Shown here in pieces: positions 23,431 through 35,800 of a DNA stretch of 64,000 bases. Source of the stretch: Macrostomum lignano (Eukaryota); assembly GCA_002269645.1 (NCBI GenBank), contig NIVC01001293.1:124001-188000 (forward strand). Reading direction: 5' to 3'. Numbering within the stretch: the first letter of the stretch is position 1; every line of letters starts with the position of its first letter. Position numbers and translations under genes: made by a program. Under the pieces are notes generated by a model. The model saw only the letters and a program-made list of their open reading frames with translations, did not search any database and was not told where the DNA came from.

Positions 23431-23761
23431 CCTAGGGTGTTCACTTATAGACTAAACTAGGGTGCCAACTTTAAGACTAGGGTTTGAAGAATTTGCAAAC
23501 ATAGTAAATCGTAGTAGTACGAGCGTAGTAGTAAATCCCACGCCCCACACACTCCTTATACATCCGTATTGCTCGTATTAATTTTTATTGTCGTTTTCTT
23601 CCGAGTTAATACCGGCTTATTGTCCATCCCATATTTTATTGAATGTTGTAAAATAAAAAAATTTAATAAGTTTTTCATATTAGTGAAAGATGGCAATCGT
23701 ATTTTATTCGAAGCAGTTTCCTCAGAGATCTTATTTTTCGGAAACTGCGGGTCTGGCTGTT

Positions 23762-24505
23762 CTAATTTAAAAGGTCAAGCTTGACCCAGTCGGCGCTCGT
23801 CTCGATCTCCGCCTCCACCTGAGCGTCGGTGAACAGCAGCAGGCGGCAGGCTCTCAGCTTGCTGTTGTACAGCACGTGTCTGCAGCTGCCCGACTCGATG
23901 GCCAGCTGCGCGCACTCGACTTCGCTTCGGATGAACGGCACATCGGTGAAGCAGTACTCGGAGTTGAAGCTCTCGCGCTTGAAGGCAGCGGCCCTCCAGA
24001 CGCTAGCGGCCGGCGGTCGGGAGTCTCCCACGAACTCGCAGGCGAACCCGAAGTTCATCGAGCAGGGAAAGTCAGCCAAGTACCTGCCGTTGTGCAGTCG
24101 GAGGCAGTCGGAGTTGAGCCCGCCGGTTGGTTGGGCGGTACTAAACAGGCTGCCGTCAGCCGGGAAGATGCCGTTTCCGTTGACCCTCTGCCAGCCGGCT
24201 CTGCTCCGGTTTCTCTCGTTTGCAAAGTCGCTCAGCCCGACCCACAGGTTGCAGCTGCAGCTGGCGCCGGGGATGCTGGCACTTCGAAACAACTTGATGG
24301 AGCTGTGCGAGTTGAGCAGCTCGCCTCCGATCGATGCGCACTGCCGATTGGCTGAGCACCAGCTGTGGCTGTGAGCTGTGCTCACGAACAGGCACAGACC
24401 GGCCTGCATGGTGAACGGTGCGGGACACAGCAGGGCCTGCGACTGCAGCAGCTGGCAGCTCAGCAGCAGCAGCAGCACTATATAACGAGCCTCGCTGTAC
24501 TTCAT
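23762..24505 (-). CDS. Secreted C-type lectin with a C-terminal PAN/apple-like module, copy A (intronless)
   Basis: Signal peptide; CPAPF...C, WCSANRQC, LWVGLSD, QPT, CLRL...DFPC...FACE; then EVECAQLA...VLYNSKLRAC. Confidence 0.88.
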   Translation of the reverse strand: MKYSEARYIVLLLLLSCQLLQSQALLCPAPFTMQAGLCLFVSTAHSHSWCSANRQCASIGGELLNSHSSIKLFRSASIPGASCSCNLWVGLSDFANERNRSRAGWQRVNGNGIFPADGSLFSTAQPTGGLNSDCLRLHNGRYLADFPCSMNFGFACEFVGDSRPPAASVWRAAAFKRESFNSEYCFTDVPFIRSEVECAQLAIESGSCRHVLYNSKLRACRLLLFTDAQVEAEIETSADWVKLDLLN

Positions 24506-25609
24506 GAATATATTTTTTACCATACTGGTGCTATTTTTGATGCCTGTGATCAATTCAGAGCTTCGGTGCATGCAATTCTCATATCTCTATAAGGAGTATT
24601 TAACTAAATAACTGCATTCAATGGCTGACGTCAATCAGCAACAGGTTTTTATTCTGAAGTTGTTTCTCACGCACCTGAAACTCAACCAATAATCCTTGAA
24701 TATTGCATCCATGGAAAATTCCAACTCATTCTTTGGGTCTTCTCTACTCGTCTCTCTGTAAATATTCTGCATTGAGTTGGGCAAGCGCTATAAGCCGGCA
24801 CTTTTGCTGCGACATCACTAATGACACGCATCTGTCTGTATATTGTGAAGCGAGGCGAAACCATGGATTTTTCTCCCACAGATTTTTACTTATGACTTCC
24901 TAAGTCATGCAATCCTTTCCACGAAGCCGCGGTCTTATAGGTACATTAGGTATACATTAGGTACATTAGGTACATTAGGTACATTAGGTACATTTTCTTA
25001 GAAATGAGCTGGAAGCCGTTAAGGAACCATTAATTATTTTAATTTTAGGCAAGGGTCCTGTGTGCACCCTGGCGCACTTTAAGCGACATTGTCACACAAC
25101 CGGCAAGAGGCATTGCTGCCCATCCCACCGACTCCCCTGAGCAGGCACGCAAGCGCGCGGATACGTACGCAGGCATACAGGACTCTATTAGTCGTTTAGG
25201 CATGTAAACTTCACTGTGCCTTGGGGTTGGTCATCAAGGGCGTTTTAAACTACACAAGCATTGTCTACTATTGTACAAATCAAAGTACAAGCAGAAAAGT
25301 TGCTACCGAGATGCCGAATCAACGTATGAAGGGCCCCAGTGCTGCAGCCATTAGCAGGCTCCAAACTTATCCTATTTTTTACTGGGTCAATTCTAGCCAA
25401 ACAAACGCTAATGGAAGAAAACAACGCGACAAATCACATGACAATCGAGTAGGCTTTTTTATCTGTGATTGGGTAAAAACTGTTCACCACAAGAGTCATC
25501 AAAATGCATCAGTTAATAGCCGGGATGGCTACAAAAAGCAAGCACGATTGACGAGTATAAACTTGGCGCAGGTGCAGCTTGCAAATTGCTCCAGACAAAT
25601 GATAGAAAA

Positions 25610-26338
25610 ATGATCTCGAATAGTGCTGTTTGCTTGCTGCTGCTGCTGAGCTGCCAGCTGCTGCAGTCGCAGGCCCTGCCGTGTCCCGCACCGTTCACCA
25701 TGCAGGCCGGTCTGTGCCTGTTCGTGAGCACAGCTCACAGCCACAGCTGGTGCTCAGCCAATCGGCAGTGCGCATCGATCGGAGGCGAGCTGCTCAACTC
25801 GCACAGCTCCATCCAGGCACTGAGTAGCAGCGGCATCAGCTCATCCTGCAGCTGCCACCTGTGGCTCGGACTGAGCGACCTGGCCGATGAGAGAGACAAG
25901 AAGAGAGACGGCTGGCAGAGGGTCAACGGACACGGCTTCGCCAGTCTTGATAGTCTGTTTCACCCAGACGAACCATCAGGACGTCCCGACGAAAACTGCA
26001 TTCGGATAAACCCATTCGGACTGCTCAGGGACATCATTTGCAACCGTGACTATGGCTTTGCTTGCGAGTACAAGAGCCCCTTGTCGGACCAAAAGTACGA
26101 CAATTGGAAGAAGGTGTCGTTCAAGAGAGCCATCTACAACTCCGAGTACTGCCACGCTGACCTGCTGCAGGTGAAGAACACAATGCACTGCGTGGCTGCT
26201 GGCATGCGTGCGGCCAGCTGCAGACACGTGTTGTACAACAGCAAGCTGAGAGCCTGCCGCCTGCTGCTGTTCACCGACGCTCAGGTGGAGGCGGAGATCG
26301 AGACGAGCGCCGACTGGGTCAAGTTCGGCCTGGTTTGA
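25610..26338 (+). CDS. Secreted C-type lectin with a C-terminal PAN/apple-like module, copy B (intronless)
   Basis: Same architecture as copy A in the opposite orientation: LWLGLSD, EPS, ENCIRI...DIIC...FACE. Confidence 0.88.
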   Translation: MISNSAVCLLLLLSCQLLQSQALPCPAPFTMQAGLCLFVSTAHSHSWCSANRQCASIGGELLNSHSSIQALSSSGISSSCSCHLWLGLSDLADERDKKRDGWQRVNGHGFASLDSLFHPDEPSGRPDENCIRINPFGLLRDIICNRDYGFACEYKSPLSDQKYDNWKKVSFKRAIYNSEYCHADLLQVKNTMHCVAAGMRAASCRHVLYNSKLRACRLLLFTDAQVEAEIETSADWVKFGLV

Positions 26339-26754
26339 ATTTAAAAAATTCGTGCTGATTCTATTATCGAACTTTCGATCTTTGTAGCTGCAACTGCAGC
26401 CAAAACATTGCGCGTGCTCACTTTAGAGCAATGGTTGATTATTGAAACATTAGAAATAGACAGAATAAATCATCTCAGTAAAATACAACAATTGAATCAA
26501 TGCATTACAGACGGTTTTTGCATCTTTTGACTTGCTTTATTTAAAAAAAATCAAAATTCGATGTCTTTGCAAGCTTAACAGACATGTCTGACTGGTTTCG
26601 ATTGCAGTTGCAGTGTAAACTATTTTCTATGATTGTTACTAAACTTGCAAATTAACGAAATTAGCGCGATTTCTAAATTAATTTTGACTGATAATTTCTA
26701 GCATGTTGGTTGCATTCGGTAGTGTTAGCTTGTGGAAATTCGTTTTCATAGAAA

Positions 26755-27085
26755 CCACTTGATTTTTCTAGAAACCAGTCGACTTTCTTAGAAACCACTT
26801 GATTTTATTCTTTTAAACCTCCTGATTTTCTCAGAAACCAACCGATTTTCTTAGAAACCACCCTATTTTTTTAGAAACCACTCTATTTTCCTAGAAACCA
26901 CTCGATATTCTTAGAAACAAACCGACTATCTGAAAAGCCACCCGATTTTCTTAGAAACCACTTGAATTTCTTAACTACCCAATTATCTTAGAAAGCACTC
27001 GATTTAATTAGAAATCGCTCGAATTTAAGAAGCCACACAAATTTCTTAGAAACCACTTGAATTTTTTAGAAACCACTATTTTCTC
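26755..27085. repeat. Degenerate ~20-bp tandem repeat
   Basis: ttagaaaccac(t)tgatttt variants. Confidence 0.8.
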
Positions 27086-28229
27086 AGAAATGAGTTGGAG
27101 GCCTATTTGTCGACTTCACAAGCTTGAAATTTCACAACCTCGAAAACCATTTTAGCAGCCGACTTTCGATTTTCGAGCTTATGAAATTTCGGGTTTGTGA
27201 AAGGAAGTGCTTTTCGAGGCTGCGAAATTTCGAGCTTGTGAAGCGACCCCACTGAATGCACTATCGATACGAAAAATATATAGGTTCCTTCATCGGCCCA
27301 ATTTATTCTCATTTGAAAGAAAATCAACTGCAGCGTCCTTCTGCTGCAGTTTTCCGTGTGTTTCTTAGAATCAGCATCAAACAGAAGCAGCAATTTATTG
27401 CTCCATATATTAGCGATGCAAGCTATCATGCATCTCTACATGACGTATGTTTTAGGCTCGTAAACTTGACCGTTTTTTAAGCCAGCATTGATTTTGGCTA
27501 TAAGTGAAAAACAGTTTTTTTCCACCAAAAAAGTTCTATCTCTCTATAAGGACAGTTGACGTTAGGGAAAATTGCACGAATAAAAAGTACGCTTTTTACA
27601 AGCAGCCTTACTTAGTTGAAGCAATAACCGCGACTTTTCTGTTGTCAACTGCAATAGCAGTAATAGAAATACACACTATCACCTTCTGGACACCTGAATT
27701 CCAAACGAAGCAAACAATTGTACATGTTTTATATATATATATATATATAAATGCACATATATGTAAATGCACGCTGTTTTGTCCGAGATGCATTTGGTAA
27801 AGAAAAATTTAGAAAAATAGAACTGTGCTTATTTATATCGAGAGCTAATAAAGTTTTCTCTAAAACAGATCTCGCGAATATTTGCTTTCTTTGTGTATCG
27901 CTACATTACTACGAGTAGTACTGGTGAGTTTTTTTAACAATTACATACAGTTTTGTGCAAAAGCTACATAGATTATTCCCCGCACATTCCTTTAAGCCAT
28001 GTGTATATACATGTATATCGCCTTATACCAACGCGTACATGTAAATGTAAAAATACAATATTATAGTATTATCCATTTTCCGATAAGTCCTCGGAAGCTA
28101 AGCAAAGAAGTGGCTTAGTACAAAGTAAATTAGTTGTCCATAGTATTACAGCTAGTGTTTTAACTTCGTATAGACTAGCTAGGACTAGTGTACATGTAAC
28201 AGCTCATGTCAGAGAGACGAGCTCCGATC

Positions 28230-28880
28230 GATGATGCTTTTGAACTCATTCACAGCTTCTTCCGATGAAGAAAAAACCTGCTGGCCCTTCAAAAATCTCC
28301 TTGCACTTCGGAAACGAAAAAAAATTCGCACGGTGCCAGGTCTGGACTGTATGCAGGGTGAGTCATCAGCTGGACCCCACAGTCAGCCTGCAGAAACTCC
28401 ACTGGCTCACAGCAGAAAAGACTTTGGGCAGTCAAACCGTTATGTACCAGTCAGCGGGGCGGGGACTGTCTGGCGATCTTCAAGTGAAAAGGAAGCCATA
28501 CATGCCCAGTGCGCATGAAGAAACAGCTGCCACCATCTGCTTGCCGACACCCCGGCTGCGTCGAAACTTGGTGGGGCTGTCCTCGTCTCCGAAGGTCCAC
28601 ATGGCTGACTGGCGCTAGTTGCTTTCGGGGTCGATAAATCCAGGTCTCATCGGGGGGTTCCTTCTGCACGTCTGACAGCTGATGGCGGATCCACCGGGAA
28701 GCCACGCGCAGCTTCCGCACTCCAAGGTGTTCGTGCAGAATGGCGTGTACACTCCCCGAGCCAATCCCGATCTCCTGCTGTCTGGATCTGCTGGTAGGCA
28801 ATCGTGCTGGACACAGCACAGATATTTGCCGGAGTCACGAGGGTTTCCCGGATCGATGTTAAATCTTCGAGGCTAGCTTT
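28230..28880 (-). pseudogene. Degenerate mariner/Tc1 transposase
   Basis: HEHLGVRK...RWIRHQL (WVPHEL-like), DETWIY, and C-terminal NFFSFPKCKEILKGQQVFSSSEEAV, spread over several frames. Confidence 0.85.
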
Positions 28881-30582
28881 CTCAACCTATGGCGAAACTC
28901 TCTGCGAATCAGTTTTTTATACAGCGTATGAAGCAAGGACATAGATGGGTGAAAACGTTCTGTAAAGTTTGAAACGAATCGGCCAGCGACTTGCCTTGCT
29001 TGCATGAAGTGTAAATAAGTACACTATATTGCTCTGAAAGTCGCGATTTTCCAGCTTCATTGTTGAATTGACTCAAGGGGTACGTGAACTGACTTTGACT
29101 CGCTGCAGCCAGTGGACTCAAAAGTGTATGGCTGCTCTGTTTGAAAGCTTAGTTGCGATACTTTTAAAAGTTGGTCTTTACATAAACAAATTTCATGCTT
29201 TTACATGTACACTGTACGTCTCGTGGATCCTACAGCTCCAAAGGCTAATGACTTTCTGCATGGGTGACCCTAGCTCGTATCAAGCTTAAGTTATACATGT
29301 ATTTGAATACAATCATTTAAGTCATGCTCCATGTCCGCAGACGCTTTTGAGTTTAAATGAGCATAAAGTAAGTAATGTAAATCGCTATATTTGTTTTTTG
29401 GGAAATGCAGAATATGGGCCAATTTTACTTTTTTATTTTTAGCGCGCTATACTTACTACCTTAAATAGACTGTGTCTCTTTACTCAGTTTTCAAATAGTC
29501 TATTGAATTCACTTCTGCACGCTGTTTGACGTGTTGGTAGGCCTAACGTTGCACTGCTTAACGAAATCTGTACTATGAAAACTTAAGTTTTGTGATTTGA
29601 TTATAACGAAATCGCAAGCGCAGCTAATTTAAATTCATACGTTTTCGTAGAAATGCACGTGTTGCTGCTCTGCACCGTCCTATGTTCATTGTTCTGTACT
29701 TCTGTTCACCTCCGCTCCTGTTCTTATATAATAATAATATTGATATAGTGATATTTAAGAACTTTTTGGAACCGGTATAGAAGTAGGAAATCATCCTCTA
29801 CGTATGTCTCTTAACCTTATTTAGTTCTAACAATCAGTAGCTTAGTAGCTACTTTACCTTTAATTTACTAATTAGTATGTTTCATAGGCCCCTAGCCATG
29901 GCATGCTATTTTTAGCTATATATAGGTCTATGTTTTTTATTTTAATTATAAAATTTTAGGTTATTAGTTAGGCCTAGAATATTTGGTAGGCTTAATAATA
30001 TGCCTATAACTAGATTTTCTATCTATAAAGTCATTAAGTAGCATATAATTTATTTATTAATGTGTCACTTAGAGTGTTGCTAATGTGTCTTTTTCATTCT
30101 AGCTAGGCTTAGGCCCTATACAATACAAAAATATTTTATCTGCATAAGCCTACCTTCTATAGTCAGGATCACTCTAGATCATGGCATTAGCATGCATATT
30201 GCATAGCTAGACATACCCTAGAATAGGCCTGTAAGACCAAAAAAATTCTGCCTTAAGCCCTAATTCCCTAAAATTTAGACTCAAAATCTGCCTAGGTAAT
30301 GCCCATAGTCTGGATCATGGCAAGAGTATGCTAGAATGAAAATTCGTGTTTTTTTCAATTTTACACCAATGTAAAATAAAAAAAAAGTTATGCCAAGCCC
30401 AAAATTGTTTATACACCATTTTTTTAAAGAATATATATTTTTAAGAATTTTAAAGTTTTGCTCAACTTTGAAATAGCTGTTTTTTGCTAAAAACTGATAT
30501 TCTTTGTTTTAATTATGTTTTTCTTGTGACTGTGTTAAAATGTTCTATTTTAGCTTCCAATTATTTTTTAAGAGCTTTCAAC

Positions 30583-30870
30583 TAGTGTTCCGCCATAGCC
30601 ATAGCTACGGCTATGGGATCCTATGGCAAATATGGTAAAATAGGTGCCTATGGTAGCTACGGATACACCTATGGTAGCTAGCTGCTCTTATGGCTATGAC
30701 TACGGAAATATGGTAGTTGTTGTCACATTCTATAGATTCCTGTAGCCGTAGTTATTAATATTAAAAAATTGAAAAAATATTAGAATAGGAATACAGAGAA
30801 TTGGAATAAGCTGTAGTTTTGCTTATGGCTATGGCTACGGTATATGGACCCTCCTTATGGTGGAACACTA
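30583..30870. mobile_element. hAT-like MITE (288 bp)
   Basis: TIR tagtgttcc(g/a)ccata (14/15 match) and 8-bp TSD ctttcaac at 30575-30582 and 30871-30878. Confidence 0.88.
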
Positions 30871-32684
30871 CTTTCAACATTGGTTGATATTTAACTATAC
30901 AATTACATTAGCCTTGAACTTTTATATGCCAACTATGTACACTTCATATTGAACCAGAAAATTCTATATGCCAAGTGTATACCAAGATTGTTAGCAAGAG
31001 CAAAAATATGCCAGAAAATTCTGGCATAAAAGCCACCTTCCAGACTATGGCCTAATGCCCTGATTGAAGTAGTCCCAATGTTTGCCTTAAGGTCCAGTTC
31101 AATCATTTAGGCCAAGGTTTGTAATCTCTAGCCCTAGGGCCAGATCTGCCCCCTCTCCCAAAGCCTTCCAATCTAGCACCCAAGATGATGTATCATTGCA
31201 TCCAGCCTCCTAAACTTTTGTTATGTTCTTTGCTTCTTTGATAAACCAAATTGAACTTGTGAGTCATAAATCAGGGCCTACTATGAGTTTAAAACTCAAT
31301 ATGAGCTCCTGGCTCTCTATATAATGCACTTGTATCTTTTTTAACTAGCAATTGCTGGTTTCAAGCCCTATCCCTATATAGCACAAATCCCCTAGTATGT
31401 CTATAGGAAATATCTTGCAATATTAGTTGTCACTACCAGAACAAGTTTCAATCTACCTTTTCTCTCTTTCTCTCTCACCTTTCTCATCCCTATCCTATGT
31501 TGGCCTTCTGTAGGGCTGCAGCTTGAAGGTCTGAATTTTTTTCAGAAAAGGTGGTTATTGGGATTGGATTAAGAAAAGAAGGAATAAGGCAGATTTTAGG
31601 GTGAGGAAATCTGAACTCTTAGGATAAGATTAAGGTTTTTATTCATTATCAATAGAAAAAAATGTTAGTTCAGACTAACATATCTGACATAATGTAACTG
31701 TGGTTTTTCACTTCTTTATGTTATTGGCCCTTGAGCCCTTGAAAAAGTTGGCTATTTGGCCCTTGCTCTAAAAAGGTTTCTGACCCCCGATTTAGGCCTA
31801 GGCCTAGTGATTTTTATCTAGATCTTTACTGTAATATTGGTAAAAAATATGCAATATAGCTTGGCTCTAGCATGCTAGTCTACCACTTTGCTGCTCTCTA
31901 TTTTACTTTGTCCTTGACCTAGCCTCACTTGCCCCTGCCTTGCCCCTCCCTGCCTGCCCCTGCCATCGCTTACCTTTGCCCTGACCTGCCCTTGCCCTAG
32001 GCCTACCTTGTCCCATTGCTCTGCCCAAGGCTAAATTTGGCCTAAATTTTCAGTAAAAAAGCTATCTTCTTGACTATGGCCTATATATTAGTAGGTTTAA
32101 ACAATTTAGCTATTTGAAAAAATAATAGCTTGAATTGATTTATTTTCTTCTAATCTGATATTCTATAGTTTTTATGGTTTCTATTATTATTAAGATGTCT
32201 TAAATACCTAAAAGGGCATTATTTTGTATTTTATATTATAAATCAATAATGGTTGAAGCATATTTTGCTTCTAAATAAGTTTAACAAGTTTAAAAAATAA
32301 TATATTACTATGAGTATAGTAAGAAGGTTATTAATGTATATTTAATTTTGAAAAAGGTAATGATATGCTAATGATACTATCATTTAAATAAAGTACATGG
32401 GTATTTTTATGAGTGATAAATACGAACATACAATTGAGAAAACAGTGTTGCTTAGCTATATGAGCAAGAATTTAAGACCTTTCACTATTATTTATACTGT
32501 AGAATAGCACATTTATCAATAATTATTTTAGCCAATATGGTATAAAAATGTAATTGATAGATAAAATGTTTTTTTATTGTTTTTAAAATTAAAATTTTGT
32601 GTTTAAAAGTACAATTAAAAAAAATCATACACAGAAGAATGTATCATTCTGTGTCTAATAATAATGTTCAATAACTGCCAATCA

Positions 32685-32845
32685 TCATACAACTTGCGAT
32701 TTGATTGACTTTTGGTTGCTCATGCTGGATTCTGTTCTGGTGCTAATGTGCATACTTCGGCTGCTCCATTGCTGCCTGCTTTCTGGTGCCCAAGCACCTG
32801 GCTCAACCCTGGTCTGCACAATGTCCATGCCTGCTGCAGTGCCTG

Positions 32846-32886
<41 letters not shown>

Positions 32887-35800
32887 CTGGGCTGTTTTGG
32901 CAAAGAATAATTTCTCTGTCTAGCTGACTGTTGTGGCTGCTTAGGCTGTTTATCCTGTGGACCTTGCCTGCAGTGTTGTGGAATGTTTCATTAATAGTAC
33001 ATTTAAGACAGATAATCCTATCATTGAGATCGGTTTTATCTTGTTGTAGATAAAGTTTTACTCACCGGAAGTCTTTTCTGCTAATGGGAAATCGCCACTC
33101 TTTGTCTGGTATATCTTCGCTCTTGGTCCTATGGAGCGGCTGCGGCAGCGGATCTCTAGCAGCTTGAGTTCGAACCTCCGTTTTCTTCACTATTGTTTCA
33201 CTTGAATCCAGTGGCGCCGATTCCAGACGCTGTCTTGACTCAACTCGGGCTGTTACAGTCATACTGGCCTCGACGCTTTGACCATAAGCGCCAGTATCAA
33301 CCACCTTTTTTGGTGGCGATGCCAGCGTTTTCGTTGTTTCCTGCCTGTGTGTTTTTGAGCTTCGACTTTTCTCTATTTTGCCTGTTACAGTCAAGCTGGC
33401 ATCGAATTGACTGAAGCCTGAGGCCTCGCTATTGACCACTCTGCTCGCTTGTGGCGCTGTGGTCCTCACGGTCTGCTTCAGTTGTTGCTCTGAGCTCTGG
33501 CTCCGGCTTTCCCCTGTGGCGCCGCTGTTGATCACAGTTGTTGTGGGTTTTGGTTGCACCTGGGGTGGTGCTGAAGTTCTATTTCGTTGCTGGCGACTAA
33601 TTTCCAAGTCTTCCTTCTGGAATTAATGTGCCAATTTCACTCTCTCAGCATCATGAACTTGTTTTATGGATGTACAAAAAGGCACACAAAGAAATCATGG
33701 CTTCTGTTTTTAGGGGCAAAAGCAGCTCAGTGATAAATGTTTAGTGACATTTAGTTGGGACTTGTGGACGAAAATTGGTTGGACAGTACAGGACAGACAG
33801 GGCGTGTCTGTGTACAGCATTGGTGTGCTTGCATTTGCTCAGGAGTCAGAGGAATGAGCAGAATTGCCTCACCACTGGTTGCGGGTCAAATGTTTCCCTT
33901 CACCTTGTTGTGGTCCAGTGTATTGGTATTTGGCTATGTCCACTTGGGGAGTGTTTCATATGCGACTTGTAGTGGCTATAAGTGAGCCTAGTGACAAGTG
34001 AATTTCGCTTCATATAATTTGGCAAAGCAACAAGTTCCTACAAACGACAAGTCTGTATTACAAGCGTCCGTTTTATGTAGTGTCTACGAGTATGTCTACA
34101 ATTCTCGATGCGTGTAATGACTGACAAGCTGAAATTTTATAGTTTCCCTTATGGAATTGCAAACCACAGTGGAGAAAGACACAACATGGCGATAATATGA
34201 GCCCAATTTCGATGTTCTCTCAAAATTAGCACTTATGACCATAAACTATAATGGTAGGCGACTTGTAACTTTTAGACTAAAAATTCACAAGTTGGCTCGT
34301 GAAACTCAATTACTTGTAACTTGTAGCTTGTCACTAATCAGCGTGTAACTTGTAGCGTGTAACTTGTAAGACTTGTATCACTTCTCTTTATCTCTGGTCA
34401 TTGAGAGTCTTGCATTTTGAATTTCACAAACATCTTGATTGCCAAAAATGAGTTGTTCAAGCCTACTGACCTGAATTTTAGCAACCTGCTTAGTGCTGGC
34501 GCAGACACCCGTATCGCAAATTGTGTGCCTGTCGGCCATGTCTGTGCCGCGGGTTTTTCTTTGCTTGTCGCTCTTACCGCCTCCATCAGCGGTACCAATG
34601 GCGCCGCATTCCACAGTGCGACCGGATTGAGTCGTCTGTACAGATGCGGCCTCCACTGGTTGCACCGGTTGATGCCTGTCGGAGTCGTCTAGATTAGCTC
34701 CGACGCCGCACTCCACCTGCGGCGGCCTTGTTGCGTTTTTCTGTGTGCGCGCGTCGCGTCGAGTCACGGTGCAGTGCGCCCCGCTCTCTGCAGGCTCTGG
34801 AATTTCATGGCGCGTATATTAAAATTTCACACGAGCTTAACTTTTGATGCAGTATGCATGTCAAATGCACAAGTTGTGCAGCACAACGGGCAATGCGTGT
34901 TTAGTGACTAGTAGGAAAGTCTGTTATGCAGTCACAGCATGCCAATCGATTATTCTGAGAGTTAGGTAATACGTTTCGTCATATTCGTCATAGCTGCACA
35001 TTAAATATAATACTGGCAGCGAAACTCACTTTTGATCGGCATGTCAGTCCAGGAGTCGATCATCTCGTTAATCCTGAATACACCATTGTCAACTATTGGC
35101 TTCCCAAGCGACTTCATGCCGTTGCTAATCAATTCTGGACTGAATTTTACTCCGGGATGTGTTACCATGGCCACAGTTGCCCGGCAGCTGCCAGCCATGT
35201 GCTCAATCTTAGCACTGGTGGATTGAGTAACGTGTTCCAAGACCTTGCTGGCGAACGTGTTTGTTACAGCTGGTCGTTCTTGTCTGAAGAATACGCTTGC
35301 GTAAGTTGAATCCGCATGGAAGTTCACGTGGGAGTAAAATAAATCTTTGCCAATTTTAACTGAGCTGTCGCCCCAGTCGATTGATTGACTGGCACAGGTA
35401 TCTTTGATCGGCGGCTTCTCCGGTGTGATAACTACACTCGCTGTTTTCATCGTCTTAGGCGTCTCTCGAAAGATGACGGAGCTGTCGCCCCAGGTGATTG
35501 ATCGACTGGCACAAGTATCTTTGATCGGCGGCTTCTCCGGTGTGATAACTACACTCGCTGTTTTCATCGCCTTAGGCGTCTCTCGAAATATGACGGAGCT
35601 GTCGCCCCAGGTGATTGATCGACTGGCACAGGTATCTTTGATCGGCGGCTTCTCCGGTGTGATAACTACACTCGCTGTTTTCATCGCCTTAGGCGTCTCT
35701 CGAAAGATGACGGAGCTGTCGCCCCAGGTGATTGATCGACTGGCACAGGTATCTTTGATCGGCGGCTTCTCCGGTGTGATAACTACACTCGCTGTTTTCA

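Noticed and set aside
21980-23444. Long ORFs across the 20-bp satellite
   Set aside because: Translation artefacts of a tandem repeat, open in several frames.
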